64,000 nt of DNA from Candidatus Sericytochromatia bacterium (GTDB lineage: Bacteria > Cyanobacteriota > Sericytochromatia > S15B-MN24 > UBA4093): positions 257,265 to 321,264 of the forward strand of contig JAKFBU010000026.1 in NCBI GenBank assembly GCA_036676985.1, read 5' to 3'. The notes beneath the pieces are model-generated. The model was not told the origin of the DNA, did not search any database, and worked only from the letters and a program-made list of their open reading frames with translations. Position numbers and translations under genes: made by a program. Shown in pieces: positions 1 to 9,695 of the stretch (position 1 is its first letter; each line of letters starts with the position of its first letter).

Positions 1-346
1 CACCCCGGGCGGAGAGGAGGAGGTCCACCACCACCAGGCGCAGGCTCTCGACCACCAGAATCGCGAGCGACGGCAGGAGTAGCGCCCCCAGCCACCAGTC
101 CACCTGGGGCCCGAGGAGGCCCCGAAAGGCGTTGGCGCCGAGCACCAGGACCGTCAGCGCGTAGGGCGGCACCAGCCGCCGCAGCACGTCCCGGCTGCGC
201 TCGCTCGACCCGCCGAACAGCCACAACGAGAGCGGGCGCAGGAAGAGCCGGAAGAGCGCCAGACCGCCCAGCAGGATGGCCAGGGCGATCGCGGCGGCCG
301 TGAACCAGCCGAAACCCGTGGGCACGAGGGTCAATGGGTCGAGCAT
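1..346 (-). CDS. membrane protein, truncated by window edge (possibly MscS family)
   Basis: ATG at 346 with GGAGG RBS; three hydrophobic segments (MLDPLTLVPTGFGWFTAAAIALAILLGG...); open to the window end. Confidence 0.6.
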   Translation of the reverse strand, partial: MLDPLTLVPTGFGWFTAAAIALAILLGGLALFRLFLRPLSLWLFGGSSERSRDVLRRLVPPYALTVLVLGANAFRGLLGPQVDWWLGALLLPSLAILVVESLRLVVVDLLLSARG

Positions 347-388
347 GCCTCCTTGTTACCACCCTCAAGCCCGCGCGTCAAGCCGTTT

Positions 389-2764
389 TTAGCTCACTCG
401 CTCTCCTTTGGGAGCGGCCGTCCTGGGCTCGAGGGCATGGGCGAGGACCTCGTCCACCGAGTCGACCAGGAGGAGCTTCATCTCGCGCAGCAGCTCCGAG
501 GGGATGTCCACCAGGTCCACCTCGTTGTGACGGGGCAGGATCACGGTGCGCACGCCCGCGCGCCGGGCGGCGAGCACCTTCTCCTTGATGCCGCCCACCG
601 GCAGCACCCGCCCGCGCAGGGTGACCTCGCCCGTCATGGCGAGATCCGGCCGGATCATGCGGCCGGTGGCGAGGCTCGCGATGGCCGTCACCATGGCGAT
701 GCCTGCGCTCGGCCCGTCCTTGGGGATAGCGCCCGCGGGCACGTGCAGGTGGACGTCGTTGGTCCGGAACCACTCCTGGGGGATGCCGAGCTCGGAGGCC
801 TTGCTCCAGACAAAGGAGAAGGCGGCCTGGGCCGACTCGCGCATGACCTCGCCGAGCTTGCCCGTGAGCGCGAGCTCCCCCTTGCCCGGGTGCGCGCTCG
901 CCTCCAGAAAGAGGATGTCGCCGCCCGCCTCGGTCCAGGCGAGCCCCATGACGATGCCCGGCTGGTCGGGACGCTCGGCCTCCTCGGGGAAGAAGCGGCG
1001 CTTGCCCAGGTAGTCGCGGGCCTTCTGGGGCGTCACCGAGACGCCCCGCTTGGGCAGGCCGCCCGTCGTCAGCTCGACGGTGACCTTGCGGCAGATGGCC
1101 GCGATCTCGCGCTCCAACGAGCGCACGCCGGCCTCGCGGGTGTACTCCCGGATGACGGTCAAGAGGCCGTCGCGGGTGAAGCGCACCTCCTTGTCGCTCA
1201 GGGCGTGCTCCTTGAGCTGCTTGGGCACCAGGTACTCCTCGGCGATCGCCACCTTCTCCTCGGTGCTGTAGCCCGAGAGCTGGAGGATCTCCATGCGGTC
1301 CCGCAGGGCCGGCGGGATGGTGTCGAGCAGGTTGGCGGTGGCGACGAAGAGCACCCGCGACAGGTCGAAGGGCACGTCCAGGTAGTGGTCCCGAAAGTCG
1401 CGGTTCTGCTCGGGGTCGAGCACCTCCAGGAGGGCCGAGGCGGGGTCGCCCCGGAAGTCCGCGCCGAGCTTGTCGATCTCGTCGAGCATGAAGACGGGGT
1501 TGTTGGACTCGGCCCGGGCGATCGCCTGCACCAGCCGCCCCGGCAGAGCACCGATGTAGGTCCTGCGGTGGCCGCGGATCTCGGCCTCGTCCCGCATGCC
1601 CCCGAGGCTCATGCGCACGAACTTGCGGCCCAGGCAGCGCGCGATGGACTGGCCCAGAGACGTCTTGCCCACCCCCGGCGGGCCGACCAGGCACAGGATG
1701 GGCCCGCGCAGGCTCGTCTCGCCCAGCCGCTCGTGCTTGAGCTTGTAGACGGCCAGGTACTCGAGGATCCGGCGCTTGATGAGGTCCAGGTCGTAGTGGT
1801 CCTCGTCGAGGATCTCGCGGGCGCGCTCCACGTCCAGCTGGTCCGGGGTGGAGCGGGTCCATGGCAGGGCGATGAGCCAGTCCAGGTAGGTCCGGATGAC
1901 GGTGTGCTCGGCGGAGCCAGGCGGCAGCTTTTCCAGTCGGCCGAGCTCGCGATCGGCCTCCTTCTTGGCCTCGGGCGGCAGCCGGCAGGCGTCGAGCTTC
2001 TCGCGCAGCTCGGAGATCTCGCTCATGCGCTCGTCCGACTCGCCCAGCTCCTTTTGGATGGCCTTGAGCTGCTCGCGCAGGAAGTACTCGCGCTGGCTCT
2101 TTCCGAGCGTCGACTGGACCTCGCTTTGAATGGCCGCCCCCAGCCGGTGCAGCTCGATCTCGGCGGAGAGCGCCCGGGAGAGGCGCTCGAGCTTGGCGCG
2201 GGGCCCCACGGCCTCGAGGATCTCCTGGCGATCGGCCAGCTTGAAGTGGAGGTTGAAGGCGATCAGGTAGACGAGCTTGTTGGGGTCCTCGAGGTTGAGG
2301 GCGATCGTCACGAGCTCCTCGGGAAAGCCCTGGAGGACCTCGCCGTACTGCTGGAGCTGCTGGGTGACCGAGCGCATGAGGGCCTCGACGGCCTTGTCCT
2401 TGGCGCAGGGCTCCGGCTCGATGGTCAGATCCGCGACGAAGTAGGGCTCGGTCTGCGTGAAGTCGCCCAGCCGCACGCGCTCCATGCCCTGGACCATGAT
2501 CTTGACGGTGTTGTTGGGCAGCTGGAGGACGTGGTGGATCTTGCAGAGCGTGCCCACCTCGTAGAGATCCGCGGGCGCGACCTCGTCGAGCTCCATGTCG
2601 CGCTGGGTGACGACGGCGACCAGCTCGGCCTTCTCGGCGGCCTCCTGCACGAGCTTGAGGGACATCTCCCGCCCGACGGTGATCGGCACGACCACGCCCG
2701 GGAAGACGACCATGTCGCGCACGGCGAGCACCGGCGCCGAGGCAGGGTAGCTCACGTCGGGCAT
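389..2764 (-). CDS. lon: ATP-dependent Lon protease
   Basis: Lon N-domain, Walker [19 protein letters not shown], catalytic PKDGPSAG; start reassigned to ATG 2764 behind GGAGGAAGG. Confidence 0.97.
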   Translation of the reverse strand: MPDVSYPASAPVLAVRDMVVFPGVVVPITVGREMSLKLVQEAAEKAELVAVVTQRDMELDEVAPADLYEVGTLCKIHHVLQLPNNTVKIMVQGMERVRLGDFTQTEPYFVADLTIEPEPCAKDKAVEALMRSVTQQLQQYGEVLQGFPEELVTIALNLEDPNKLVYLIAFNLHFKLADRQEILEAVGPRAKLERLSRALSAEIELHRLGAAIQSEVQSTLGKSQREYFLREQLKAIQKELGESDERMSEISELREKLDACRLPPEAKKEADRELGRLEKLPPGSAEHTVIRTYLDWLIALPWTRSTPDQLDVERAREILDEDHYDLDLIKRRILEYLAVYKLKHERLGETSLRGPILCLVGPPGVGKTSLGQSIARCLGRKFVRMSLGGMRDEAEIRGHRRTYIGALPGRLVQAIARAESNNPVFMLDEIDKLGADFRGDPASALLEVLDPEQNRDFRDHYLDVPFDLSRVLFVATANLLDTIPPALRDRMEILQLSGYSTEEKVAIAEEYLVPKQLKEHALSDKEVRFTRDGLLTVIREYTREAGVRSLEREIAAICRKVTVELTTGGLPKRGVSVTPQKARDYLGKRRFFPEEAERPDQPGIVMGLAWTEAGGDILFLEASAHPGKGELALTGKLGEVMRESAQAAFSFVWSKASELGIPQEWFRTNDVHLHVPAGAIPKDGPSAGIAMVTAIASLATGRMIRPDLAMTGEVTLRGRVLPVGGIKEKVLAARRAGVRTVILPRHNEVDLVDIPSELLREMKLLLVDSVDEVLAHALEPRTAAPKGERVS

Positions 2765-2946
2765 GCCTTCCTCCTGCACGCAAACTAAGGACGAGTGCGC
2801 CGGGCGATGTCGGGCCTGCGGGGACGTCGGCTTCGGAGCGGTGGTTGCCGGCTGTAAGGGCGCGGGATCCATCCTAGAACGCGCGCGCGGGTCTTGGCAC
2901 CCGCAGGGCGGACGATCTTTTTTAGCCCCGGCGGCGTCCGGGTTCG

Positions 2947-4167
2947 TTACAGCTCGGGGTCCAGGGCGGCCATCCCGATGCGCAGGGTGGCCCGCGCCAA
3001 GGGGGCTCCGCCGGGCCCCAGGTCGTTCTCCGCGAGCACCTCCAGCAAGTTGATGTGGAAGTGCGACGTCACGACCTCGAGCCGGGCGCCCGGCATCAGC
3101 TCGGCCCTCAGCTCGTAACGGATGGCCTCGTCCTCGAGCTCGCTGAGCAGGCATTCGGGCAAGGGCTCGTCGCTGACGCCATGGGTGCGCAGCGCCGCCT
3201 CCAGCACGATGGCCTGGGCGAGATCCCGCTGGACGGTGTAGGCGAGCCGGACGGGAACGAGCAGGCTGGGAGTCTCCTCGGGCGGCAAGAGGGCCACGCC
3301 GCGGCGCAAGAGGGCGCCGTTCGGGACGAGACGCTCGCCGTGCCGCTCGGTCTCGAGCCGGGTGAAGAGCTTGCCGACGCGCGTGACGCGGCCCGCGCGG
3401 CCGCCCAGCCGGATGCGATCGCCCTCCTTGAAGACCGGGTTGAAGGCGAGCAGCGTGCCGCCCGCGGCGTTAGCGAGGGCGTCCGCCGAGGCGATGAGGC
3501 CGGTGGCCCCGAGGAGGGCGGCGGCCGTCATGACGATCCAGGACTGGAAGGGCAGGTACGACAGGGCGAGCAGGCTCGCGATCAGCCCCACCGCGAGGCT
3601 GAGGGCGGCCCCGACCAGGGTGACGGCGGCGCCGGTCACAGGCAGCCCGTAGCGGCGCGGGTTGTCCGCGATGCGGGTGGCGCCCCAGTTGATGAGCCAA
3701 GCAGCGGTCGCCCCGCCCGCCAAGAGGCCGAGCACGGTGAGGATCGGCAGGAAGAGGCCCTGGAGGAGGTCCCAGGCGGCCGCCTGCGTCCCCATGCTCG
3801 CCAGCCGGCTCTCCGCGGCCGCCGAGAGCCGCTTGCTCCAGGCAGCGGCGAGCTCGTCGGCGCTCGCTCCGTTCAGGCGGGCGTCCTCGTTGCTGACGAT
3901 GATGAGCGTGTCGTCCCCGATCTTCAGCGCCGGGCCCTTGCGGTGCGCCTCGACCCGCAGGGGCACGCGCGGATCGGCGAGCCACTTCTCGAGGCGCTGG
4001 TTGATGACCTCGGCGCGCTCCGCGCTCGACAGGCCGTTGGCGCCGGAGACGGCGAAGATGGGGCTGCCCGCGAGCTGGACCATGGCGGAGTCCGCGGCGT
4101 CGGCCGCGCTCGCCAGCCCGAGCGTCAGGGCGAACAAGGCAATGGTAATCGAACGATACAGGCGCAT
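2947..4167 (-). CDS. MscS-family mechanosensitive channel with N-terminal exported domain
   Basis: Signal peptide, TM helices, FKEGDRIRLGGRAGRV and VPNG MscS motifs; ATG 4167 behind GGAGG. Confidence 0.85.
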   Translation of the reverse strand: MRLYRSITIALFALTLGLASAADAADSAMVQLAGSPIFAVSGANGLSSAERAEVINQRLEKWLADPRVPLRVEAHRKGPALKIGDDTLIIVSNEDARLNGASADELAAAWSKRLSAAAESRLASMGTQAAAWDLLQGLFLPILTVLGLLAGGATAAWLINWGATRIADNPRRYGLPVTGAAVTLVGAALSLAVGLIASLLALSYLPFQSWIVMTAAALLGATGLIASADALANAAGGTLLAFNPVFKEGDRIRLGGRAGRVTRVGKLFTRLETERHGERLVPNGALLRRGVALLPPEETPSLLVPVRLAYTVQRDLAQAIVLEAALRTHGVSDEPLPECLLSELEDEAIRYELRAELMPGARLEVVTSHFHINLLEVLAENDLGPGGAPLARATLRIGMAALDPEL

Positions 4168-4376
4168 TCGGTTCCTCCCCAAGGGTAGCCGCAGGGTGCG
4201 GCAAGGCTAACGTAACACCGGTCGAGTGGCCGAGTCGGTGTCGGTTGCACGTTGCTGGCGGGGCGATCGCCCGCGTGGTAGCATGGCCCATCCCCGAGAA
4301 CGTCGATCGCCGCCCGCTCAGCGCGGAGCGCGGCCCCTGGTCCGCGGATCGACCCTCGGCTGCTGGAGGGAATGCC

Positions 4377-5399
4377 TTGAAACTCGTCACCTTCGAGGTC
4401 GCCACCCCCATCGGGCGCTTGCAGCGCCTGGGGGCCATGGTGGGCGATCGCATCCTGGACCTCAACGCCGCCTACCAGGTGGTCGCGGGCGGCACGCCCG
4501 AGGCCGCCCGGCGCCTCGCGGACGCCTACTTCCCCCATGACATGGCGGCCTTCCTCGAGACGGGCGAGCGCGGCATGGAGGCGGCCCGCGAGCTGGTCGA
4601 GCGCGCCACGGTGGGCACGCTGCCGGCCGCGGCCGACGGCATGACCGTGTGCTACGCGCCTTCCGCCGTGCGCCTGTTGAGCCCCCTGACCCGCGCCAAC
4701 ATGCTGCGCGACTTCCTCGCCTTCGAGGCCCACACCAAGCGCGGCTACGAGCGGCGCGGCCAGGAGATGCCCGCGCTCTGGTACGAGCTGCCCGTCTACT
4801 ACAAGGGCAACAGCCGCAGCCTCATCGGCCCCGAGGTGGACGTGGAGTGGCCCCGCTTCACCGAGAAGTTCGACTACGAGCTCGAGATCGCAGCAGTCAT
4901 CGGCAAGCCGGGCCGCAACATCCCGGTCGAGCGCGCCCACGAGTACATCGCGGGCTACTGCATCCTCAACGACTTCAGCGCCCGCGACGTCCAGATGCAG
5001 GAGGTCCAGCTGCGCCTCGGTCCGGCCAAGGGCAAGGACTTCGCCACGGGCCTCGGCCCCTGGCTCGTGACTCCGGACGAGGTGGGCGACGCCCGCAACC
5101 TGCGCATGGTGGCCCGGGTGAACGGCGAGACCTGGTCCGACGGCAACTCCGGCACGTCCCACTGGACCTTCGAGCAGATGATCGCCTACGTCTCCCGCGA
5201 GGAGACCCTCTACCCCGGCGACGTCTTCGGCTCGGGGACCGTCGGCGGCGGCTGCGGCTACGAGCTCGATCGCTGGGTCCAGCCGGGGGACGTCATCGAG
5301 CTGACCATCGACAAGCTCGGTACGCTTCGCAACCGGGTGGTTCGCCCCTCCCACGCCCAACCCATGGAGGATTACCGTGTTTCCGCTGTCCAAAGGTAA
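4377..5399 (+). CDS. fumarylacetoacetate hydrolase family protein
   Basis: LRDFLAFEAH, DYELE, NDFSARD, KGKDF motifs; TTG 4377 behind GGAGGG. Confidence 0.92.
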   Translation: MKLVTFEVATPIGRLQRLGAMVGDRILDLNAAYQVVAGGTPEAARRLADAYFPHDMAAFLETGERGMEAARELVERATVGTLPAAADGMTVCYAPSAVRLLSPLTRANMLRDFLAFEAHTKRGYERRGQEMPALWYELPVYYKGNSRSLIGPEVDVEWPRFTEKFDYELEIAAVIGKPGRNIPVERAHEYIAGYCILNDFSARDVQMQEVQLRLGPAKGKDFATGLGPWLVTPDEVGDARNLRMVARVNGETWSDGNSGTSHWTFEQMIAYVSREETLYPGDVFGSGTVGGGCGYELDRWVQPGDVIELTIDKLGTLRNRVVRPSHAQPMEDYRVSAVQR

Positions 5400-6504
5400 G
5401 GTGACCCCCCAGGCTCACGTCGGCATCCCGGAAGGGACGTACGAGGAGGAGCACGCACGCAAGGGCTTCTTCGGGCGGGTCTCGCACCTGTACCGCACGC
5501 ACCAGCCCACCAACTGGACCCGCATCGAGGGCCCCCTCAAGCCGCGCGCCATCGACTGCGCGAAGCTCATGCCCACCGACGCCGCGGATCCGACCAAGGG
5601 CCTGCCCACGACGTTCCTCTACAACGACGACGTGGCCCTCAAAGTCTCGCGCCTCTCGCAGCCCATGCCCTTCTACTTCCGCAACGCGGACGCGGACGAC
5701 GTCTACTTCGTCCACCGGGGCGCGGGCGTGCTCGAGACGGACTTCGGGCCCATCGACTTCGAGCCCGGCGACTACCTGGTCATCCCCCGCGGGACGACCT
5801 ACCGCGTGGTGCCCCACACGACGGACAACTTCTTCCTGGTCATCGAGTCCAAGGGAGAGATCACCATCCCGGATCGCGGCTCCCTGGGCCCGCAGGCCAT
5901 CTTCGACATGGGCGTGGTCCAGACCCCGGACCCGGTGGAGATGACGAACCACCCCACGGGCGCGGGCGAGTACGAGCTGCGCATCAAGCGCCTCGGCGCG
6001 TACACCTCGGTCTTCTACGACTTCAACCCGCTGGACGTGGTGGGCTGGAAGGGAGATCTGACGGTCTGGAAGCTCAACGTCCGGGACATCCGGCCGGTCA
6101 TGAGCCACCGCTACCACCTGCCGCCCAGCGTGCACACGACCTTCCTCGGCGGCAACTTCGTCATCTGCACCTTCGTGCCGCGCCCCTTCGAGAGCGACGA
6201 GGAGGCCATGCGGGTGCCCTTCTACCACCGCAACATCGACTACGACGAGGTCCTTTTCTACCACGCCGGCGACTTCTTCAGCCGGGAGAACATCGGGCCC
6301 GGCATGGTGACCTTCCACCCGCAGGGCATCCACCACGGGCCGCACCCCAAGGCCGCCGAGAAGGCCGCCAAGAAGTCCGAGACCGACGAGATCGCGGTCA
6401 TGGTCGACACCCGCTACCCGCTGCACATGACCGAGGCCGCCAGCGGCGTGGAGTGGCCCGAGTACCACCTGAGCTGGCGCGTCCCCTCGGAGGCGGCACG
6501 GTGA
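5377..6504 (+). CDS. hmgA: homogentisate 1,2-dioxygenase
   Basis: RNADAD, DVVGWKG, HLPPSVH, PFYHRNIDYDE, HGPHP motifs; overlaps the FAH gene. Confidence 0.93.
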   Translation: MFPLSKGKVTPQAHVGIPEGTYEEEHARKGFFGRVSHLYRTHQPTNWTRIEGPLKPRAIDCAKLMPTDAADPTKGLPTTFLYNDDVALKVSRLSQPMPFYFRNADADDVYFVHRGAGVLETDFGPIDFEPGDYLVIPRGTTYRVVPHTTDNFFLVIESKGEITIPDRGSLGPQAIFDMGVVQTPDPVEMTNHPTGAGEYELRIKRLGAYTSVFYDFNPLDVVGWKGDLTVWKLNVRDIRPVMSHRYHLPPSVHTTFLGGNFVICTFVPRPFESDEEAMRVPFYHRNIDYDEVLFYHAGDFFSRENIGPGMVTFHPQGIHHGPHPKAAEKAAKKSETDEIAVMVDTRYPLHMTEAASGVEWPEYHLSWRVPSEAAR

Positions 6505-7127
6505 TCATCGATCCGTCGACCCTGAACCACCAGGACGCCTACAAGCTCCTGAACGGCTCGGTGATCCCGCGCCCCATCGCCTTCGTCTCGACCATGTCGC
6601 AGGCGGGCGAGCGCAACCTCGCGCCGTTCAGCTTCTTCAACGTCGTGTGCTCGGATCCCATGACGCTCAGCATCTCGGTCATGCGGCGGGGCAACACGGC
6701 CGAGAAGAAGGACACGCTGCGCAACATCGAGGAGACGGGCGAGTTCGTCGTCAACGTCGTGACCGAGGAGATCGCCGAGCGCATGAACCGCACCTCGGCG
6801 GACTTCCCGCCCGGGGTGGACGAGTTCCTCGAGGGGCCGTTCACGCCGGTGCCGAGCGAGGTGGTCCGCCCGCCGCGGGTGGCCGAGAGCCCCATCAACA
6901 TGGAGTGCCGGCTCTTGCAGACGGTGGATCTGGGCGATCGCCCCGGCTCGGGCACGCTGGTGCTCGGCCAGGTGGTCCGCTTCCACGTCTGGGACGAGCT
7001 CTACGACCAGGGCCGGATCCGGCACGACCTGTTCCATGCGGTCGGGCGCCTGGCCGGGGCGAGCTACGCCCGGACCCGCGACACCTTCGACCTGGTCCGC
7101 CCGGTGCTCGCGCCGCAGCGTCCCTAG
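6501..7127 (+). CDS. flavin reductase family (DIM6/NTAB) protein
   Basis: PRPIAFVST, NLAPFSFF, KDTLRNI motifs; GTGA overlap with hmgA stop. Confidence 0.9.
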   Translation: MIIDPSTLNHQDAYKLLNGSVIPRPIAFVSTMSQAGERNLAPFSFFNVVCSDPMTLSISVMRRGNTAEKKDTLRNIEETGEFVVNVVTEEIAERMNRTSADFPPGVDEFLEGPFTPVPSEVVRPPRVAESPINMECRLLQTVDLGDRPGSGTLVLGQVVRFHVWDELYDQGRIRHDLFHAVGRLAGASYARTRDTFDLVRPVLAPQRP

Positions 7128-7171
7128 GGCCGCTAACGGGTTTTTAATCCCCCTTTGATGGTCGTTTGTCA

Positions 7172-7195
7172 CTAAAGGGGGACGGATCCGGGTAT
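7172..7195 (+). promoter_or_regulatory. sigmaB/SigF-like promoter CTAAA-N13-GGGTAT
   Basis: Same spacing and GGGWAT box recur at 11775-11798(+), 37802-37825(-) and 47750-47773(-). Confidence 0.5.
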
Positions 7196-7228
7196 AGAGA
7201 TCGTGTCGGATAGAGAGTGAGGACCCCC

Positions 7229-7426
7229 ATGGCCCGTCGCGCCCGCATCGCCCGCCGTTCCCAAGAGCCCGTCGCCATCGCCGTCGCCCGGTCGATGCCG
7301 CGCGGCAACAAGCTTGCCCTGGCCGGCCTGGCCTGTGCCACGGCGGCGGCCTGGTTCGTGAGCCCCGTCTTGGCCCTCGGCCTCGTGGGGCTGATGCTCT
7401 GGCAGGCGTTCGGCGCCGAGCGCTAA
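7229..7426 (+). CDS. small membrane protein, paralog 1
   Basis: GAGGA RBS; hydrophobic C-half ending GLVGLMLWQAFGAER, shared with the next ORF. Confidence 0.7.
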   Translation: MARRARIARRSQEPVAIAVARSMPRGNKLALAGLACATAAAWFVSPVLALGLVGLMLWQAFGAER

Positions 7427-7526
7427 TCTCGCTCCGGCTTCCCGTTTCGGCGCCCGCAGCCAGCTGCGGGCGCCGTCGCTTGGGCGTGTGATCGCTCGAT
7501 CGCTTTTGGGGTATACTGCCTCCACC

Positions 7527-7718
7527 ATGATCCGTCCCGGCCGTACCATCACCAACTTCAAGCAGGCGGGCGCCTTCGCCCGACCTTTGACGTGGGCCGG
7601 CCGGCTCGGCGCGGTCCTCCTCGCATGGACCGCCGCGGCCGTCTCCTTGATCCACCCGCTCCTGGGCCTGGGCGTCGTCGGCCTCATGCTCTGGCAGGCC
7701 TTCAGCCCCGATCGCTAG
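7527..7718 (+). CDS. small membrane protein, paralog 2
   Basis: Ends GVVGLMLWQAFSPDR; TATACT box just upstream. Confidence 0.7.
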   Translation: MIRPGRTITNFKQAGAFARPLTWAGRLGAVLLAWTAAAVSLIHPLLGLGVVGLMLWQAFSPDR

Positions 7719-8189
7719 CTAATTGGGCAGGCCGCCGCCGCGCCGTACCTTCTCGACGTCCGACAAGTCGCCCAATGCCGGTCCTATCAGGCTGCTGATG
7801 GTGGGGTTGAGCTCCTGGAGGCCCTCCGGAAAGCTGAGATAGGCGTTGAAGCGTACTTTCTGGCGGAAGTCCGGAGGCATCTCCGCGAGCCGGGTCGAGA
7901 ACGCGAAGACCACGATGGGCACCTCCTGGAGCTCGGGGCACCGCGCGAGGCGCTCGAGCATGGCCGTCCCGACGATCTGCTCCTGGTAGTCCGTCACGGG
8001 CTTGCCGATGGCCTCGGGCCTGCGGTAGAGGGGCACGAGGATGAGGTCGGGCGCAAAGTCGACGATGCTGTCCATGACGAACTGGCTGGTGCCGATCCGC
8101 TTGAGAAACTCGTGGTTTCCCTGGGTGAGGAAGTTGCCCAGCAGCACGACCACTTCGGGCGTATCGTTAAGGATGCCGATTTTGGCCAT
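7719..8189 (-). CDS. atypical receiver-fold (CheY-like) protein
   Basis: KIGILNDTPE, PDLILVPL (no phospho-acceptor Asp), VPIVVF; GGAGG RBS. Confidence 0.65.
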   Translation of the reverse strand: MAKIGILNDTPEVVVLLGNFLTQGNHEFLKRIGTSQFVMDSIVDFAPDLILVPLYRRPEAIGKPVTDYQEQIVGTAMLERLARCPELQEVPIVVFAFSTRLAEMPPDFRQKVRFNAYLSFPEGLQELNPTISSLIGPALGDLSDVEKVRRGGGLPN

Positions 8190-8234
8190 GTTGACCCTCC
8201 GGACGGACCAGGGCTCGGGCTATCATCTTGGGTC

Positions 8235-8651
8235 ATGAAGAGCTTGCATGTCTTGGTCGCGGAGGACGAGCCTTCCAATGCGGAAATCGTCCAGGTCATC
8301 CTTGAAAGCGAGGGCCACCATGTGACCATCTGCATGGACGGAGCCCGGGTGCTGGAGCTGTGCCACCAGCAGAATCGGCACTTCGACATCATCCTGATGG
8401 ACATCCTCATGCCCGTCATGGACGGCCTGGAGACCACGCGGCACCTGCGCATGGACCCGCGGACCCGCGAGGTCCCCATCGTCTGCGTGTCGGCCAAGGC
8501 GAGCGGCTCGGACCAGGAGAAAGGGCGTGAGGCGGGCTGCAACGCCTACGTGACCAAGCCCTACAAGCGCCGGACGTTGCTTGCCGAGATCCGCCAGGCG
8601 CTGGTGCAGACCGGGCGCCTCGCGGCCGAGGAGAGCATCGAGCGACACTAG
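8235..8651 (+). CDS. single-domain response regulator
   Basis: VAEDE, ILMDILMPVMDG, VSA, YVTKP. Confidence 0.93.
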   Translation: MKSLHVLVAEDEPSNAEIVQVILESEGHHVTICMDGARVLELCHQQNRHFDIILMDILMPVMDGLETTRHLRMDPRTREVPIVCVSAKASGSDQEKGREAGCNAYVTKPYKRRTLLAEIRQALVQTGRLAAEESIERH

Positions 8652-8753
8652 GGGGGATGCGCCCCTGAGCGGTAGCAGGCGACAAAAAGGGGTCGCTTGG
8701 GGTATAAGTGGGCGTAGGAACGATGGGGTTCCTAGAGCAGCGAGGACGATGAC

Positions 8754-9311
8754 ATGTCCATCTCCAAGACGACCTTTCGGATCACCCAGAAGACGGTGAC
8801 CGGACCGGAGGGCTTCAAGCTGGCTCTCCTGGCCTTACGGGAAGTGCTCCCCTACTGCCTGATCGATTGCGTCCAGCTCAATCGGATCAAGTTCCCGATC
8901 AACACTTCCCGCTATCCCCAGGGCATCTGGAACGAGCTCTTGCGGAAGCGGGAATGGCACGACAAGCTCATCTACCACCTGGCCAACAGTCTTGCCGAGA
9001 CGGACCATGCCAAGCGCATGGCCATGCAGGCCGACTTCGCCCGGCTCATCACCGATGCGGACACGCAGGTGACGCTGCACGGGACCATGCTCTACGAGAG
9101 CGAGGGGACCCCGGAGATGCTCGCGGCCGCGGGCATTCCGATGGTCAAGTCGTTCGGCTGCGAGCTGCAGGTGGACGCCTACACTGAGTACCTCAAGCGG
9201 GCGCAGCGCGACACCCAGTTCAAGGACAGCCACTCGCCCCAGCGCGAGCTGTACGGGCAGATCGTGCTCGCGGACTCGGTCGATCGGGCGGCCAGCCCGG
9301 CGGCTCCGTAA
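8754..9311 (+). CDS. hypothetical protein
   Basis: 185-aa ORF with host-like codon use and GAGGA RBS; no motif recognised. Confidence 0.7.
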   Translation: MSISKTTFRITQKTVTGPEGFKLALLALREVLPYCLIDCVQLNRIKFPINTSRYPQGIWNELLRKREWHDKLIYHLANSLAETDHAKRMAMQADFARLITDADTQVTLHGTMLYESEGTPEMLAAAGIPMVKSFGCELQVDAYTEYLKRAQRDTQFKDSHSPQRELYGQIVLADSVDRAASPAAP

Positions 9312-9314
9312 GCC

Positions 9315-9695
9315 TTAGCCCTCAAGTACCACGAAGGCCATGGCGCGATCGCTCTCGTGCGTGAGGCTCAGGTGCAGCTCACGCACCCCGAGCCGCTCGG
9401 CCACCTGGGCCGTGGCGCCGTGCAGGCGAAGGCTCGGCTTGCCGCCCGGCGCCCGCACCACCTCGATGTCGGTCCAGCGCATGCCAGGCTGCCAGCCGGC
9501 ACCGAGCGCCTTGATGACGGCCTCCTTGGCCGAGAAGCGGGCCGAGAGCGAGGGCGCCGGATCCCGGTGCCGCAGGCAGTAGGCGATCTCGTCCGGCGTG
9601 AAGACCCGCCGCAAGAAGGCCTCCCCCCGCCGCGCGACGATCTCGGTCATGCGGTGGACGTTCAGGATGTCGACGCCGATCCCCCGGATGCTCAT
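9315..9695 (-). CDS. acpS: holo-ACP synthase
   Basis: GIGVDI, RFSAKEAVIKA, GKP, LSLTH; ATGA overlap with the upstream gene. Confidence 0.95.
   Translation of the reverse strand: MSIRGIGVDILNVHRMTEIVARRGEAFLRRVFTPDEIAYCLRHRDPAPSLSARFSAKEAVIKALGAGWQPGMRWTDIEVVRAPGGKPSLRLHGATAQVAERLGVRELHLSLTHESDRAMAFVVLEG

Noticed and set aside
353-2788. Long antisense and alternate-frame ORFs throughout (for example 353-2788, 11700-13634, 40850-43021, 54758-56329)
   Set aside because: Shadows of high-GC genes with clear motifs on the other strand or frame
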